NCBI RefSeq assembly: GCF_006345805.1
Contig: NC_043002.1
Coordinates: 18,414,001 to 18,478,000 of the forward strand
Length of the DNA: 64,000 nt
Reading direction: 5' to 3'
From: Octopus sinensis
Lineage: Eukaryota
Shown: positions 1-12,400 of the stretch, piece after piece
Layout: every line of letters starts with the position of its first letter
Position numbering within the stretch: the stretch's first letter is position 1
Notes under the pieces: model-generated
The model's database searches: none
What the model was told of the DNA's origin: nothing
What the model saw: only the letters and a program-made list of their open reading frames with translations
Made by a program: the position numbers and the translations under genes

Positions 1-1490
1 TGTTTTCCCCTTTCCCTTTTTTCTCAACAATCACTTCTTTCAGTTACAGTTTTTACAAAATTATAATGACTTACCACTACTATCTCTCACGCAGTCTTTC
101 AATTTTGCATTCCTTCCAAGTTGGGGCGCTCTATCTCACAATAATTTTTCTTTTCGTTTGTTTTTTTCATGTTGTCTCTTTTCCTTTCTATTTTCCTGTA
201 TAATGGATTCTTGTATTTCCGTCTCTAAGTCTTTGAATTCGTGTATTTGTGTGTCTGTGTGTTCTTGTATTTGTATGCCTGTGTGTTCGTTTGACGGCAA
301 CCACGTGTTTCGTCAGTGTGTCTATGCCTTTAGGTTTTCATAATTCTGGGTTGTCTTGTATCTTGTCTGCATGACTCTGTCCTTTTAATTCCTCTGCTGG
401 TACTTCCACTGGTAAATTTTCTCCGTTTCTCGTCGTGGGTTGAGGTTCTTCTTCCATTCCTTTACACTTCTTTACTTCAACCGTCGTCGGTGACTTTCTT
501 CTTTCTCTTTTCCTGGGTTCTCCCTCCACCAAATTCCAATTATATTCTGTTCTCTGCGCCTGCTTTTTTTCCACCACTATATCTTCCTGTACACTCTCTT
601 CCATCATTTCTACTGTTACTCTAGGGCATTTCCTTCTCAGGTGCCCTCTTTCACCGCATCCGTAACATTTTGGGGGTATCCCCTCTAACATTACTTCCAG
701 TTTTTTCAGCATATGGCAATTCCACAGTTTCCGCCATTTTGTCGTAATATTCTGGGCTTACAGCGCAAATTACTTCAATTCCATATCCCCAACAATTCAA
801 ATGTTGAGTTCTGCTTACTATGCAAATGTTCAGGTTTTCACTTCCCTTCACCAGCTCTGAATTAAATATTGCGACTATTACCCATTCTGGGTCTATCGAC
901 GGTGGGATCCTTCCCACCCTGACCCTTACGATTCTTTTGCCCAAACAGTTCGGCACCAACGTCCATTTCTCTCCCAGTATCAGTCTGTTATTATTTATTT
1001 TCGCCTCCTCTTCTGATGCAAAGGTGACTATTATAGTCGCGTATTTCCTTCCTCTTGTAAAGAAAGTTATTCCATCACCCATTTGTTCCTTCAATATTTC
1101 CTCTATCTCTTCCTACGGTGCGTGTTCTATTCTCCTATTTACATTCGAAAATGTTCTGAATATAACCGTCTTGTTTTCCATTTTTCTCTTTTTCCTCCCT
1201 GGCAGGATCATCTTTATATTTGACCCTTCCTTTTTTACCATATCATAATATTTGGCTATCTTCTTCTCATTCCACTCCATCCTCCCCAGCTTCAGCACAC
1301 GTGGGTCTATGGCATCTCAACCTCCAGTAGCTTCTGCGTAACTATTCATGTTTTCAATTGTTTCTCTACCACTCAACGCTGGTGGTTTCGCACAAACATT
1401 TCGCTTAATATTCTTAAAAAAACAACAAAATTGTTCGGTTTGAGGTGGCGCTGCTAAATTCTTCTTTGAAATATATAGTTTACAAAATGA
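1..1490 (-). mobile_element. Degenerate non-LTR retrotransposon ORF1 (Tx1/L1-like gag with CCHC zinc knuckle), running off the window start
   Basis: One frame from ATG 1349 (MNSYAEA...) through ORFs 1113-1298 and 651-1094 with two in-frame stops, then a frameshift near 700-712 into PPKCYGCGERGHLRRKCP (CX2CX4HX4C) and a charged C-terminal region. Confidence 0.75.
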
Positions 1491-1516
1491 CACACAGTCA
1501 CTGATCTAATAAAATA

Positions 1517-1699
1517 GAAAATTTCTATTTGTAAATCTCTCAACGAAAGACATTCAGTAACAGTACTCTAGAGTAAAGATTATTTTCCAATTTTCCATAA
1601 GGTGGCAGTTGACTGCCATCTTCTGTTGGCAAATAATCTTTACTCTAGAGTACTGTTATTGAATGTCTCTCGTTGAGAGATTTACAAATAGAATTTTTC
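1517..1699. repeat. Foldback inverted repeat, ~74-bp arms
   Basis: 1517-1590 is the reverse complement of 1626-1699 with about 4 mismatches; the loop holds an inner hairpin ggtggcagt/actgccatc. Confidence 0.9.
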
Positions 1700-1708
1700 A
1701 GTATAATA

Positions 1709-1752
<44 letters not shown>

Positions 1753-1831
1753 ATTATTGAGGGGAATAAAATCCAAACTTTCAAGGAAAAAAAATCCATT
1801 TAGAAATCAAATTTCACACAATATAATATAC

Positions 1832-2143
1832 ATATAAAAAAATTAGAAAAAAAACACCTTTTATCAATTCAAAGTGAACAATTAAATTACACTATCTAGA
1901 AAATTACATATAATAGAAATATTAAAATTAAAATAACAATAAAATGTCAATGATTAAGTAAATTGCAAAAAAATAATAATAATAACATATGATTTGTATT
2001 TGTACGTTATTATTATTATTATTTTGCAATTTACTTAGTCATTGACGTTTTATTGTTATTTTAATTTTAATATTTCTATCATATTTAATTTTCTAGATGG
2101 TGTAATTTAATTGTTCACTTTGAATTGATAAAAGGTGGTTTTC

Positions 2144-2155
<12 letters not shown>
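1832..2155. repeat. AT-rich palindrome, ~150-bp arms and 19-nt spacer, next to (TA)n
   Basis: aattagaaaa...taataataac (to 1986) mirrors gttattatt...ttctaatttt (from 2006). Confidence 0.9.
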
Positions 2156-2182
<27 letters not shown>

Positions 2183-2184
<2 letters not shown>

Positions 2185-2550
2185 GCGCAGGAGTGGCTGT
2201 GTGGCAAGTAGCTTGCTAACCAACCACATGGTTCCGGGTTCAGTCCCACTGCGTGGCATCTTGGGCAAATGTCTTCTGCTATAGCCCCGGGTCGACCAAT
2301 GCCTTGTGAGTGGATTTGGTAGACGGAAACTGAAAGAAGCCTGTGTGTTTGTGTGTCTGTGTTTGTCCCCCTAGCATCGCTTGACAACCGATGCTGGTGT
2401 GTTTACGTCCCCGTCACTTAGCGGTTCGGCAAAAAAGAGACCGATAGAATAAGTACTGGGCTTACAAAGAATAAGTCCCGGGGTCGAGTTGCTCGATTAA
2501 AGGCGGTGCTCCAGCATGGCCGCAGTCAAGTGACTGAAACAAGTAAGAGA
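2183..2550 (+). mobile_element. tRNA-headed SINE, family A
   Basis: Head aggcgcaggagtggctgtgtgg...gggttcagtccc (A/B boxes), shared body and aagagta-type tail; more than 12 copies in the window. Confidence 0.85.
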
Positions 2551-2570
2551 GAAAAAAAAAGAGAAAGAGA

Positions 2571-2867
2571 CAGTGTATATCTAAACACATAAGAGGTATC
2601 TATCATGGGATTCCTGGCACGCTTCAAGGAACAGCCAAAGTCCAAACTACTATTAGGGATAAAACTTCGAAGGGAATGAAAAATAAAAACATTTACCATC
2701 TATCTCCTGGTCCATGGTTTCTGACTTTTTTAGCAAATAAAATAATTTGCTAGGCAAAACCTTCATCAACAGGTACGCCTAGATTAAACATATAAGAAAG
2801 AGGCAATCCAGCATGTGGTCCCAGGAATCCTATGACGGATACCTCTTATGTGTTTAAATGAACACTG
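2571..2867. mobile_element. Tc1/mariner-type MITE
   Basis: ~50-bp TIRs (cagtgtatatctaaacacataagaggtatc... and ...gatacctcttatgtgtttaaatgaacactg) with TA after the right end. Confidence 0.75.
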
Positions 2868-2938
2868 TATTTATATGAATAATATATAGTCTATTGACTA
2901 ATTTTTCTACGCGCTAGGCCTGTAGTAAAAATTAATTA

Positions 2939-2976
<38 letters not shown>

Positions 2977-3224
2977 TATATCGTGTGTGTGTGTGGTGTG
3001 TGTGTGCGTGTGGATGTTGCGAAAATGTGATGGTCAACGCAAATTCCACATCTTGGTTCTTTTACCGAGCTAAATATTTGATTTATAATTTTAATTCACC
3101 TGAAGAAAACGATTTTTCATGATGTAACCGGTTTATACATCAGAAAAAAACGCGTTTGTAACAGCTCTATTGAATCTTAACCTACTTTTATTCATTCTGT
3201 GTGTGTGTGTGCGTGTGTGTGTGT

Positions 3225-3535
3225 GAAGGTAAAGGGTTTAGTGGTTAGTGTGTTGCCCTCACGATTACGAGATCGTGCGTTCCATTCCGAGAATGGGTGT
3301 TGCGTTGTATCCTTGGACAAAGCACTTCATTTCATGTTGCTCTGCGATCATTTCAACATCTGACATGTGGTGGCACCTGTTACACTTGTACAGGTAATGT
3401 CGATCTGATGGAGGGAGTGAGCTTATGTCTACACAAACATTTGATCACTATAAACAGATTATCTGTGTGGTTGTTCGGTAAGAAATTGTCGAAACTTCAT
3501 ACGTCGTCTAACGACGGGAGAGTCTTTCATGTGTG
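3225..3535 (+). mobile_element. Old tRNA-headed SINE, family D
   Basis: tagtggttag A box, degenerate B box, tttcatgttgctc core shared with 8150-8392, 11922-12060 and 40890-41062. Confidence 0.55.
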
Positions 3536-3672
3536 TACACACACACCACACACACACACACACATAAACGCACACACAAACACATACACACGCACACACA
3601 CACACACACGCACATACATATATATATATAATTATATGTATATTACAAGAAAAAGGTTGAAAGAGACCTTCG

Positions 3673-3902
3673 GGCGGCGAGCTTGGAGAAACGGTAGCAC
3701 GCCGGGCGAAATGCTTAGCGGCATTTCGTCTGCCGCTACGTTCTGAGTTCAAATTCCACCGAAGTTGACTTTGCCTTTCATCCTTTCGAGGTCGATTAAA
3801 TAAATACCAGTAACGCACTGCGGTCGATATAATCAACTCAATCCCTTTGTATGTCCTTGTCTGTCCCCTCTGTATGCAGCCCCTTGTGGGCAGTAAAGAA
3901 AT
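3673..3902 (+). mobile_element. tRNA-headed SINE, family B monomer with ~25-bp TSD
   Basis: ggcggcgagct...gagttcaaattcc head; flanked by aagaaaaaggttgaaagagac(c)ttcg at 3647-3672 and 3903-3927. Confidence 0.85.
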
Positions 3903-3914
3903 AAGAAAAAGGTT

Positions 3915-3960
3915 GAAAGAGACTTCGAAGTTTCGGCTTCCTCATTTTCGTCAGACTCTC
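3915..3960 (-). ncRNA. Degenerate type I hammerhead ribozyme motif
   Basis: CUGACGA-aaaugaggaagcc-GAAAC-uucgaa-GUC with palindromic stem III and partial stem I; stem II no longer pairs. Confidence 0.5.
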
Positions 3961-4166
3961 TGATGTGAGCCAAATGCACCAAGACTTCAAAGTTACTGTC
4001 AACCTTTTCTTGCAAAATTTAATAAGAACGTACTCTTTTATACTCAGTTGAGAATCTTTGAGTGCATTGTTAAATTGCTTTTATATAAAAATTTAACATA
4101 AAAAGCATTATATACATACATATATATATATGCATGCATATATATGTGTATATATATATATGTATG

Positions 4167-4197
<31 letters not shown>

Positions 4198-5109
4198 GTG
4201 TGAGTGTGTATGTATGTATGAATATGTATGCTTACATGTAAGCTGAGTTCGTGTAAATGTATGTGCTATATGTGTTTGTATGCGTGTGTCTGTGTGTGTG
4301 TGCGTATCATATATATATGCATTTGTATGCGTGTAGTATGTTTGTTCGTTTGTGTATGCGTGTGCGGGGATCTGTGTATACGAAACAGCTAAACACATCT
4401 CAGTAACAATTCTCTATTCCTCATTTACCGCTCTATTTCAAATGTCGTCTTTTCTTCCCATATTTTTTGTTTTATCTCTAAACGTACGTACGCGCGTGTG
4501 CGTGTCTGTATGTGTGCGAGAGTGCGTCCGTGCGTCCGTGCGTGCGTGCGTATGTCTCTGTGTCTGTGTCTGGTCTGTGTGTCTGTGTGCGCGCGTATGC
4601 ACTCGTGTGCGTTTGTGTTCTAATATTTTAGCATTAATAACAAAGCAAAAAGAAAATAAACAATAATTTTAATTAGGAAATAATTAAAAATCAAAGAACC
4701 AAAAGTATTTCTCTCGAGGTTCTCGAAATGTTACATTGTTGCTGTTGTTTGTTTTTTTGTTTGTTTTTTATATATTTTTGAGTTTTTTTTCTTTTTTTGT
4801 CCTTTGATCTTGCTTTCATATTAATTTTTTTTGTATATTATCCATCTTATTCAAATTCCTATAAACTAAAACGTTTCATAACCTCATCTGCATTTTTAAT
4901 ACATTTTGTTGTTTATGTTGTTGTTATCGCTGTGCTTGTTCTGTTATTGTTGTTGTTGTTGTTGTCGTTGTTTTTGTAGTTGTGGTTGTTGTTGTTGCTG
5001 ATTTGCTCTTCTGTCAATAATAATGGACGAATGTTATAGAAATTATTTTCTGGTCACTGATAAGGTAAATCTCGTTGGTTTCGATTTCCAGTCGCTACAG
5101 GGACGCTAT

Positions 5110-5660
5110 TAGAAAGGCCGGTGATGGTGGTGGTTGTGGTTGTGGTGGTTGTGGTGGAGGTGGTAGTGGTGGTGGTGGTGGTGGTGGTGGTGTTAGTGGT
5201 TGCAGTGATGGTGGTGGTGGTATTAGTAGTTGCAGTGGTGGGGCTCTTGCTTCTGCTGATGATGGTTGTGGTGATGATAGTGGTGTTGATGGTTGTGGTT
5301 GTAGTGATGGTGGTGGTTGTTGCCGTGGTGATGCTGATGCTGCTGTTGATGGTTGTGTTTGTAGTGGTGGCGGTGTTGGTGATGGTTGTGGTGGTGGTGG
5401 TGGTAGTTGTAGTGATAGTGCTGGTGCTGATGATCGTTGTGGTGATGATAGTGGTGGTGGTGGTTGTGGTCTTAATGGTGGTGGCTGCAACGGTAGAGCG
5501 GATCTGTATCATCATCATGGTGGTGGTGAAGGTTGTGGTGATGGTGGTTTTAGTGATGGTCGAGATCATCGTAATCTTCATTATGGTGATGTTGTTGTTG
5601 TTGGAAGTGGTGGTAGCGGGAGTGGGGTGTGCTGTTGCTGCTCCTGGTGGTAGTAGTGGT
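5110..5660. repeat. Mosaic GGT/GAT/GTT trinucleotide low-complexity tract
   Basis: Explains the poly-V, poly-T, poly-G and poly-P ORFs in all frames. Confidence 0.95.
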
Positions 5661-6118
5661 GTTGGTGGATGGAGTTATTTGCATAGCCAAATCCGATGAC
5701 GAATCGAAGTTTTCGTCAAGAGCGATAATCACTAATATGATTGACATAAATACGATGACAGGTCATGTTGCTTCGGGTCAACCTGAGCGAGTAAACTTTG
5801 TAGATTGGGTGCAGGCATAGCTACGTGGTTAAGAAACTCGCTTTGGGACCACATGGTTTCGTGTTCGATCCCAATGCGCGGCACCCGGGAAAAGTGTCTT
5901 CTGATATAGCATCGAGTCCTGTTGAACCAATGCCTAGTGAGAAAATTTCGTAGACAAAAACTGTATGGAAGCCCTCCGTATATATATGATATGTTTAATA
6001 ATGTCAACTCTGTAGAAAGCATTCAGGCCAAACTTTTTAAGGATGATTTTAAAACTTTTCTATCACCAATCTCGTGGCCGCTGGGACACGGAGTCATAGG
6101 CATGGCACTTGTCTCCCG

Positions 6119-6558
6119 GACTAAATGGTAAAAGGAATTTTGACTAAATGGTAAAAAGAATTTTGACTAAATAGTGAAAAGAATTTTGAGTAAATGGTAA
6201 AAGGAATTTTGACTAAATGTTAAAAGGAATTTTGACTAAATGGTGAAAGGAATTTTGATTAAATGGTAGAAGGAATTTTGATTAAATGGAAAAAAGGAAT
6301 TTTGATTAAATGGTAAAAAGAATTTTGACTAAATAGTAAAAGGAATATTGAGTAAATGGTAAAAGGAATTTTGATTAAATGGAAAAATGGAATTTTGATT
6401 AAATGGTAAAAAGAATTTTGACTAAATAGTGAAAGGAATTTTGAGTAAATGGTAAAAGGAATTTTGATTAAATGGAAAAAAGGAATTTTGATTAAATGGT
6501 AAAAAGAATTTTGACTAAATGGTGAAAGGAATTTTGACTAGATGGTAAAAGGAATTTT
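6119..6558. repeat. 23-bp minisatellite, about 19 units
   Basis: Unit ctaaatggtaaaaggaattttga with starts at 6121, 6144, 6167 and so on. Confidence 0.95.
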
Positions 6559-6720
6559 CTCAAGAAAACTTTATAACAAATACATGTCACTTGTTAAGAT
6601 GGTCACCGAGGGTTGTAAGAGAACTGACATTCCAGAAAATGTTAGCTATTTATTTATGCAACTTCATATTCTGAATTAAAATTTCGTCAGGTTTTACTTC
6701 ACGTTACCGTTCCTAGGATC

Positions 6721-6795
6721 GTATTTGCCAGTCAAGTATTTGCCAGTCAAGTATTTGCCAGTCAAGTATTTGCCAGTCAAGTATTTGCCAGTCAA
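6721..6795. repeat. Perfect 15-bp x5 tandem repeat
   Basis: gtatttgccagtcaa repeated five times without mismatch. Confidence 0.97.
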
Positions 6796-7130
6796 CTAGT
6801 GGGGTAAATATAATTAAATGTTTCCCTCTGACAAATATGTGATCTTGTGCTTATATTGTAAATCTTTATATAAATTTGTCGAATGAAGACATAAAAAAAA
6901 TACTAAATCCCTTAAAATTAAAAGGAATGGTGAAAATATATGTTTTAAAGATCATTTTATTTCTCCAGTTATATATGCAAAAAATACTTCGAACACACTG
7001 ATTCAAATGTGAATACTTATATGAATAGCCATGCACAAACGCACACATATCCATACATACATACATACATACATACATACATACATACATACATACATAC
7101 ATACATACATACATACATACATACATACAT

Positions 7131-7450
7131 GTAATGATTTGGGATAGAGAAAAGAAACTGTGCACAGTTCTGGAAGTTAGGTATCCTGCGGATGTAAACA
7201 TGAAGCTGAAGATCAGTGAAAAAGAAAACTCCTATGCTGAACTATTGAGAAATCTGCAGTTACTCTAACTAGATTGCAAGTTCAGGATTAGACTTGTAAT
7301 TATTGGGGCCCTGGGAAATGTAACACACTGCGTAAACACCAATCTTGAGAAATTAGGCTTCTCAAATACAGAAAGGAGAAAATAAGTACGAAGACTACAG
7401 ATCCAATCCATCACTAGAACTGTAAAAATCTATAAAACTTTAAAATTAAC
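7131..7450 (+). mobile_element. 3' fragment of a restriction-like-endonuclease non-LTR retrotransposon
   Basis: Reads VMIWDREKKLCTVLEVRYPADVNMKLKISEKENSYAELLRNLQ...IIGALG (tail of the PD-(D/E)xK RLE domain); lies between (CATA)n tracts. Confidence 0.7.
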
Positions 7451-8149
7451 ATTTATATGAGTATGTCTAGATTATGCAACTATATGCACGAGAATACATA
7501 TATTAAACATACAAATCTACACATACATGCACATACATACATACATACATACATACATACATACATACATACATACATGCATGCATACAAAAATTGTTGT
7601 GATGTTGAAATTCCAATGAAGGAACCTTGGATCTAGGTTAGAAACCGGCTCTTTCTCTATTGGCAAGAAATTTTGAAATAAACTGAATAATGACATACAT
7701 ATATATATATATATATATATAATTATTAAGTTTGAAAACGGAGAGATCCAATGGTTACAAATTAATTTATTAATTAATTAACATCTTGTCCAACAATTGT
7801 TTCATTTCGCATCCAATTTAAACTACAAAACATGTGTGTGTGTGTGTGTGTGTGGGTGTGTGTGTGTGTATTTAAACATGCATTTCAAAATACCTTAGGT
7901 GAAAGACCATCAGGGTATGAAAAAGGACAATACAAGGATTACATTATGATCTGTTGGAATACTCCTATGTATGCATGTGTGTATGTGTGTATGTATGTAT
8001 GTATGTATGTATGTATGGATGGATGGATGGATGGATGGATGGATGGATGGATAGATGGATATGTGTGCACATATATGTATGTATGTACGTATATATGAAT
8101 ATATACATACGTATATATATATATATATATATATATAGACTATCGGATG

Positions 8150-8392
8150 TTGTTACACATCACTGGTCACAATGCACTTTGCATCATTTCAGCTTCTGAA
8201 TAATGCCAGCCCGCTGGCTAGGCAAGCAGGGTCATCACTCCCCCTGACTGGAAGGTTAGCCTGTCGCATGGTTACCCATTTACAGCTGAGCTGACTGGAG
8301 CAAAAAACTCAACGCACAACTCACCACGGGAATCGAACCCACGATCTAGCGATCGTGAACGCTGCATCCTAACCACCGGGCCACGCGCTTGT
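8150..8392 (-). mobile_element. SINE family D copy
   Basis: Reverse-strand tRNA-like head (gggttcgattcccg) and gctccagtcagctcagctg core. Confidence 0.55.
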
Positions 8393-8832
8393 GCTGTGCT
8401 CATGTGCAAGTTATATGCACACACCACAAACACACACACACACACACGAATACACATTCACACACGTTTCATAAACACTGAGGTATAACTGAGCTTTACA
8501 CAACGTTCTTGTCATGTTAGCGATCTAAGAACTCGATATAATAGCAGAAGTCGGTGTTGTTGTAGTTGTTTCTTTGGGAATACACATACCAACTTCTTTT
8601 TCCCTCATCAAGCCTGACAACGATCTTTTTTTCATTTCAATTTTGCATGGAAGGAATTCTATTTTAGCTTTTGTTATCTTTAAACATGCATTTGCATATG
8701 CGAACGTATATGTGCGTGTATGTGTGTGCGTGTGTGTGCGTATACGTATGTAGATAAATTTATGTGAGTGTGTCTATACACCTGTGTATGTGTGTTTCTG
8801 TGTGTGTGTATATATATATATATATACACACA

Positions 8833-8932
8833 NNNNNNNNNNNNNNNNNNNNNNNNNNNNNNNNNNNNNNNNNNNNNNNNNNNNNNNNNNNNNNNNNNNN
8901 NNNNNNNNNNNNNNNNNNNNNNNNNNNNNNNN
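8833..8932. other. Assembly gap (100 N)
   Basis: Run of N; true length unknown. Confidence 1.
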
Positions 8933-9139
8933 GCCTAAAAGCAATGAAGAATCATCTATAATTTGCAGTAAGAAACATTTATTAAAATATAGTATTCAGA
9001 ACACAGAATAACATCTAACAAAAACAATTTGCAAACATATTTACATTCCCATATAACAGTTAAGAACATCACCATTTTGTATTACGCATGCGCGGAAGTG
9101 TTTGTTCGACTAGGTACTGCTGGCTTAATTACGCACGAC

Positions 9140-9256
9140 TCAAGTTAGAGAAGGGTGCGTATTATACACAATGTTTAGGTTTTTCAGAGGTACAACCCCC
9201 TAAAGAAACCCTGCGCATTATACTCAAGGGCGGATTATACTCGAGGATTTACGGTA
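9140..9256. mobile_element. Right end of a pogo/Tigger-like MITE
   Basis: Ends in ttatactcgaggatttacggta (taccgta-type TIR) with repeated gcgcattatac sub-terminal motifs; no left end seen. Confidence 0.5.
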
Positions 9257-9451
9257 TGTGTGCTTGTATGTATGTATGTCATTGTTCAGTTTTTATTTCA
9301 AGATTTCTTGCTCTTGCTCTACCTCTTCCTCTTTCTCTATGAATCTTCGTGTCCTACAGTCTGTGCGTGGATATATAGAGTTCGTTTACTCATTGTTTGC
9401 CACCAAACCTAATATGTGCATTTAACCGGGACCTCTTATGTTAACTCTGTG

Positions 9452-9499
<48 letters not shown>

Positions 9500-11148
9500 T
9501 TACTCTCTCTCTCCCCGATATAATTAATGACTGGTGAATCAAGAAGCCAACCGGCCAACCTACCAGCCAGCCTAGATTTATATCGACGAATCTCATATAG
9601 AAATGAACATTTCAAATGCTACCATATTGATAATAAATCTAAGCGGGTATATTTTCTTTCGTAGAATCTTTCGTAGAATCTTTCATAGAATCTGTCTATG
9701 GAAATAAATATTTCCATAGACACATGAAAAATATTCGCAGAGGTCGTTTCCGATATAAAGTTTAGAAAGAAAAAAATATATATACAGAAAGTTGGATAAA
9801 ATACTGAGCTGTAGAGAAGTAATAAAATACAATTTTAGTTTGAGAAGTGAAAATTTAAGCCATGAAACTCTCGTGGGTTTCCTTTTTACGATCTACTTGC
9901 ACCTTCTAGATGTCATAAGGCAAATATAACGTGTTGGTACAAGCATGTGTGTAAACATATACACATATGCATGTGTGTGAGTATGCGTATATATATATAT
10001 ATTATATATATGATAATATATATATATAAACAAGTCAAATTGCGATAAAATAAAAATAATATATATATATATATATATATCTATAATACATATATATATC
10101 TACATATATATTATATATGTATATAGATATCTATATATATATATATATTATATATATAAATATAATATATATTATATAATATTTATATGTATTTATATAT
10201 ATATATTATTTAATATATATAATATATATAATAATAAATATATATATTGTTAATGATTATAATGTATACACACACATATGAACACACATACATGTGTGTG
10301 TTTATGTGCATGTGAAAATATATACCTATAGTTGCAGTCGTATACACATGGACATATACATATATATGTTTGTATATGTCTGTACACACACACACGCACA
10401 CGCGCGCGCGCACACCACACACACACACACACACATCATTCTTTATTCAATGCATTGATTCTCACATTTATCTTGTCTCTTAAGACTGAACACAAGTAGG
10501 TATTATTTACAGAGAGACGTCTGTAGGTAATCACAATATGCTGGAGACATACGTACATAGATACACACATACATATAAGTGTACACACTCACACATATAT
10601 ATATACAGAGAGAGAGAGAGAGGGAGAGAGAGTCCTTCTATAGTTAGAGCATTATACTGGACATTATACTTAACGTATACATACCAGTGAATGGCTCGAT
10701 GCTGTAGTTTTATCTGTGAGAAAATCTTTTCAAAGACATGTTGTTTCAATGGTATATAGATATATACGTTAAGTATGGTACACAAATGGCTATTACTATT
10801 TCATGCAATTTCATTTGTGTATCATTCTGTTTTCCCTATGTCGTTGGGGAGGGATTTAATTTAAGGAAGTGGCTAAGCGGGTTCGCGTTATTGAAAGGCT
10901 CAATGAGACCCAGACGTCTCTGGTGTTCTCGTGATTTCACTATTGGGTGGTGTTTGTTATAGTAGAAGACATCTGGTCAAGGGTCAAGGTGCCACGAAGT
11001 GGGACTGAACCCGGCACCATGTGGTTTGGAATGTAAGTTTCTTACCACACAGCCACCACCATCATCACTACCACCACCACCACCACTTCCACCACCACCA
11101 TTCCTCCAACAATAACAGCATCAACGACACGAGAACAACAACAGCAGT

Positions 11149-11345
11149 GGAGGCGCAATGGCTCAATGGTTAGGGCAGCGGACTCGCGGTCGGAGGATCG
11201 CGGTTTCGATTCCCAGACCGGGCGTTGTGTGTGATTATTGAACGAAAACACCTAAAGTTACACGAGGCTCCGGCAGGAGGTGGTGGCGACCCCTGTTGTA
11301 CTCTTTCGCTCCAACTTTCTCTCACTCTTTCTTCCTGTTTCTTGT
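11149..11345 (+). mobile_element. tRNA-headed SINE family C, 5' module only
   Basis: ggaggcgcaatggctcaatggttagg...ggtttcgattcc head; sequence after ...cttcctgtttct differs from the full copies. Confidence 0.8.
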
Positions 11346-12400
11346 CCCCGATTTTCTATGCAACCGCTGAGTCTGGATGCGCCATCCGTCGATGCTCTCG
11401 GTGTCGGGGATTTACCTGCTCTCTCTTCTGCGGGACCACGTTTCGGACTTCTCTCATCTTGCGAGCTCTGGGACGAAGACCGTTCGCTCAACAACAACAG
11501 CAACAACAACAACAGCAACAACAACAACAGCAAACATTCGCCTTCAAACGAGTCGATAAGGAAAGCCTCTACGTAGCCGGTCACCTCACAAGAAATAGTA
11601 GTTAAATCATTTCATGAGAAAAGAAGGGTACATTGGACAACTATTCCCTCACACAACAAGTACATCTTTCAATAATATATATATATACTAAGGTCATTTG
11701 AATTCATCTTCAGTCTCTGTCAGCTTGCTTTCGTTTTAGTTAAAAGTGATATATATCAGTATTATAGATGTAGAAATTTTCTGCTGTTGATTAATAGCTC
11801 CGATCACATCTAACGCCTACTCAAGTAACGCAGACGTCGGTATGAGATGTTGGAATGCTGCATCAAACACTTTATTTGTCATTGATTTCTTGTATGCAGA
11901 GCTCTAAAAGGTACATAGATAGTGATTAGGGTGTTGTACTCAAGATTGTATGATCACGGTTTCGATTCCCGAATCGGACACTGCATTGTATTCTTCAGCA
12001 AAATACTTCATCTCATGCTGCTCCAGTCCACGCTACAATAAATAAGTCCTAGCAATAGCTGCGAAGTTAATTCCACAACGGACAGCATTCCCTTCAGAGG
12101 TTGGGTTTGGCAATTTCAATCACTTGCACACCAGGGAAACCAGGCTAATTTCCAGCCTTATGAGTCTCAGAGCCCATGACATACCCAAAATTGACAAGGT
12201 AGCTCTGACAATACTATTTCTATATCTGAAGGTATTATCTCTTTGATTACGAGTTCCACATTACAAGTATCATCGTAGATTATATTTTCAGCAATCCCAG
12301 ACTGTCTGCAATAATAGTGATATATCGGAGAATAGCCGGGTCATCGATAGTGCTATTGATAGAGTTTTACTTTTATAGTTTTCTCATTTTATAGTCCAAT

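Noticed and set aside
820-1248. 142-aa hydrophobic plus-strand ORF
   Set aside because: Antisense shadow of the A-rich LINE ORF1.
5054-5699. Long poly-V/T/G/P ORFs up to 192 aa
   Set aside because: Open in several frames on both strands because of trinucleotide repeats; no splice or domain support.
6119-6795. CRISPR-like appearance of the 23-bp and 15-bp repeats
   Set aside because: Units are contiguous with no unique spacers, and the context is eukaryotic.
7611-7655. Hammerhead-like remnant (aacct/aggtt stem, GAAACCGG)
   Set aside because: Core CUGAUGA and the cleavage triplet are both mutated; at most a fossil. The similar traces at 3100, 13735, 32207 and 39834 are equally incomplete.
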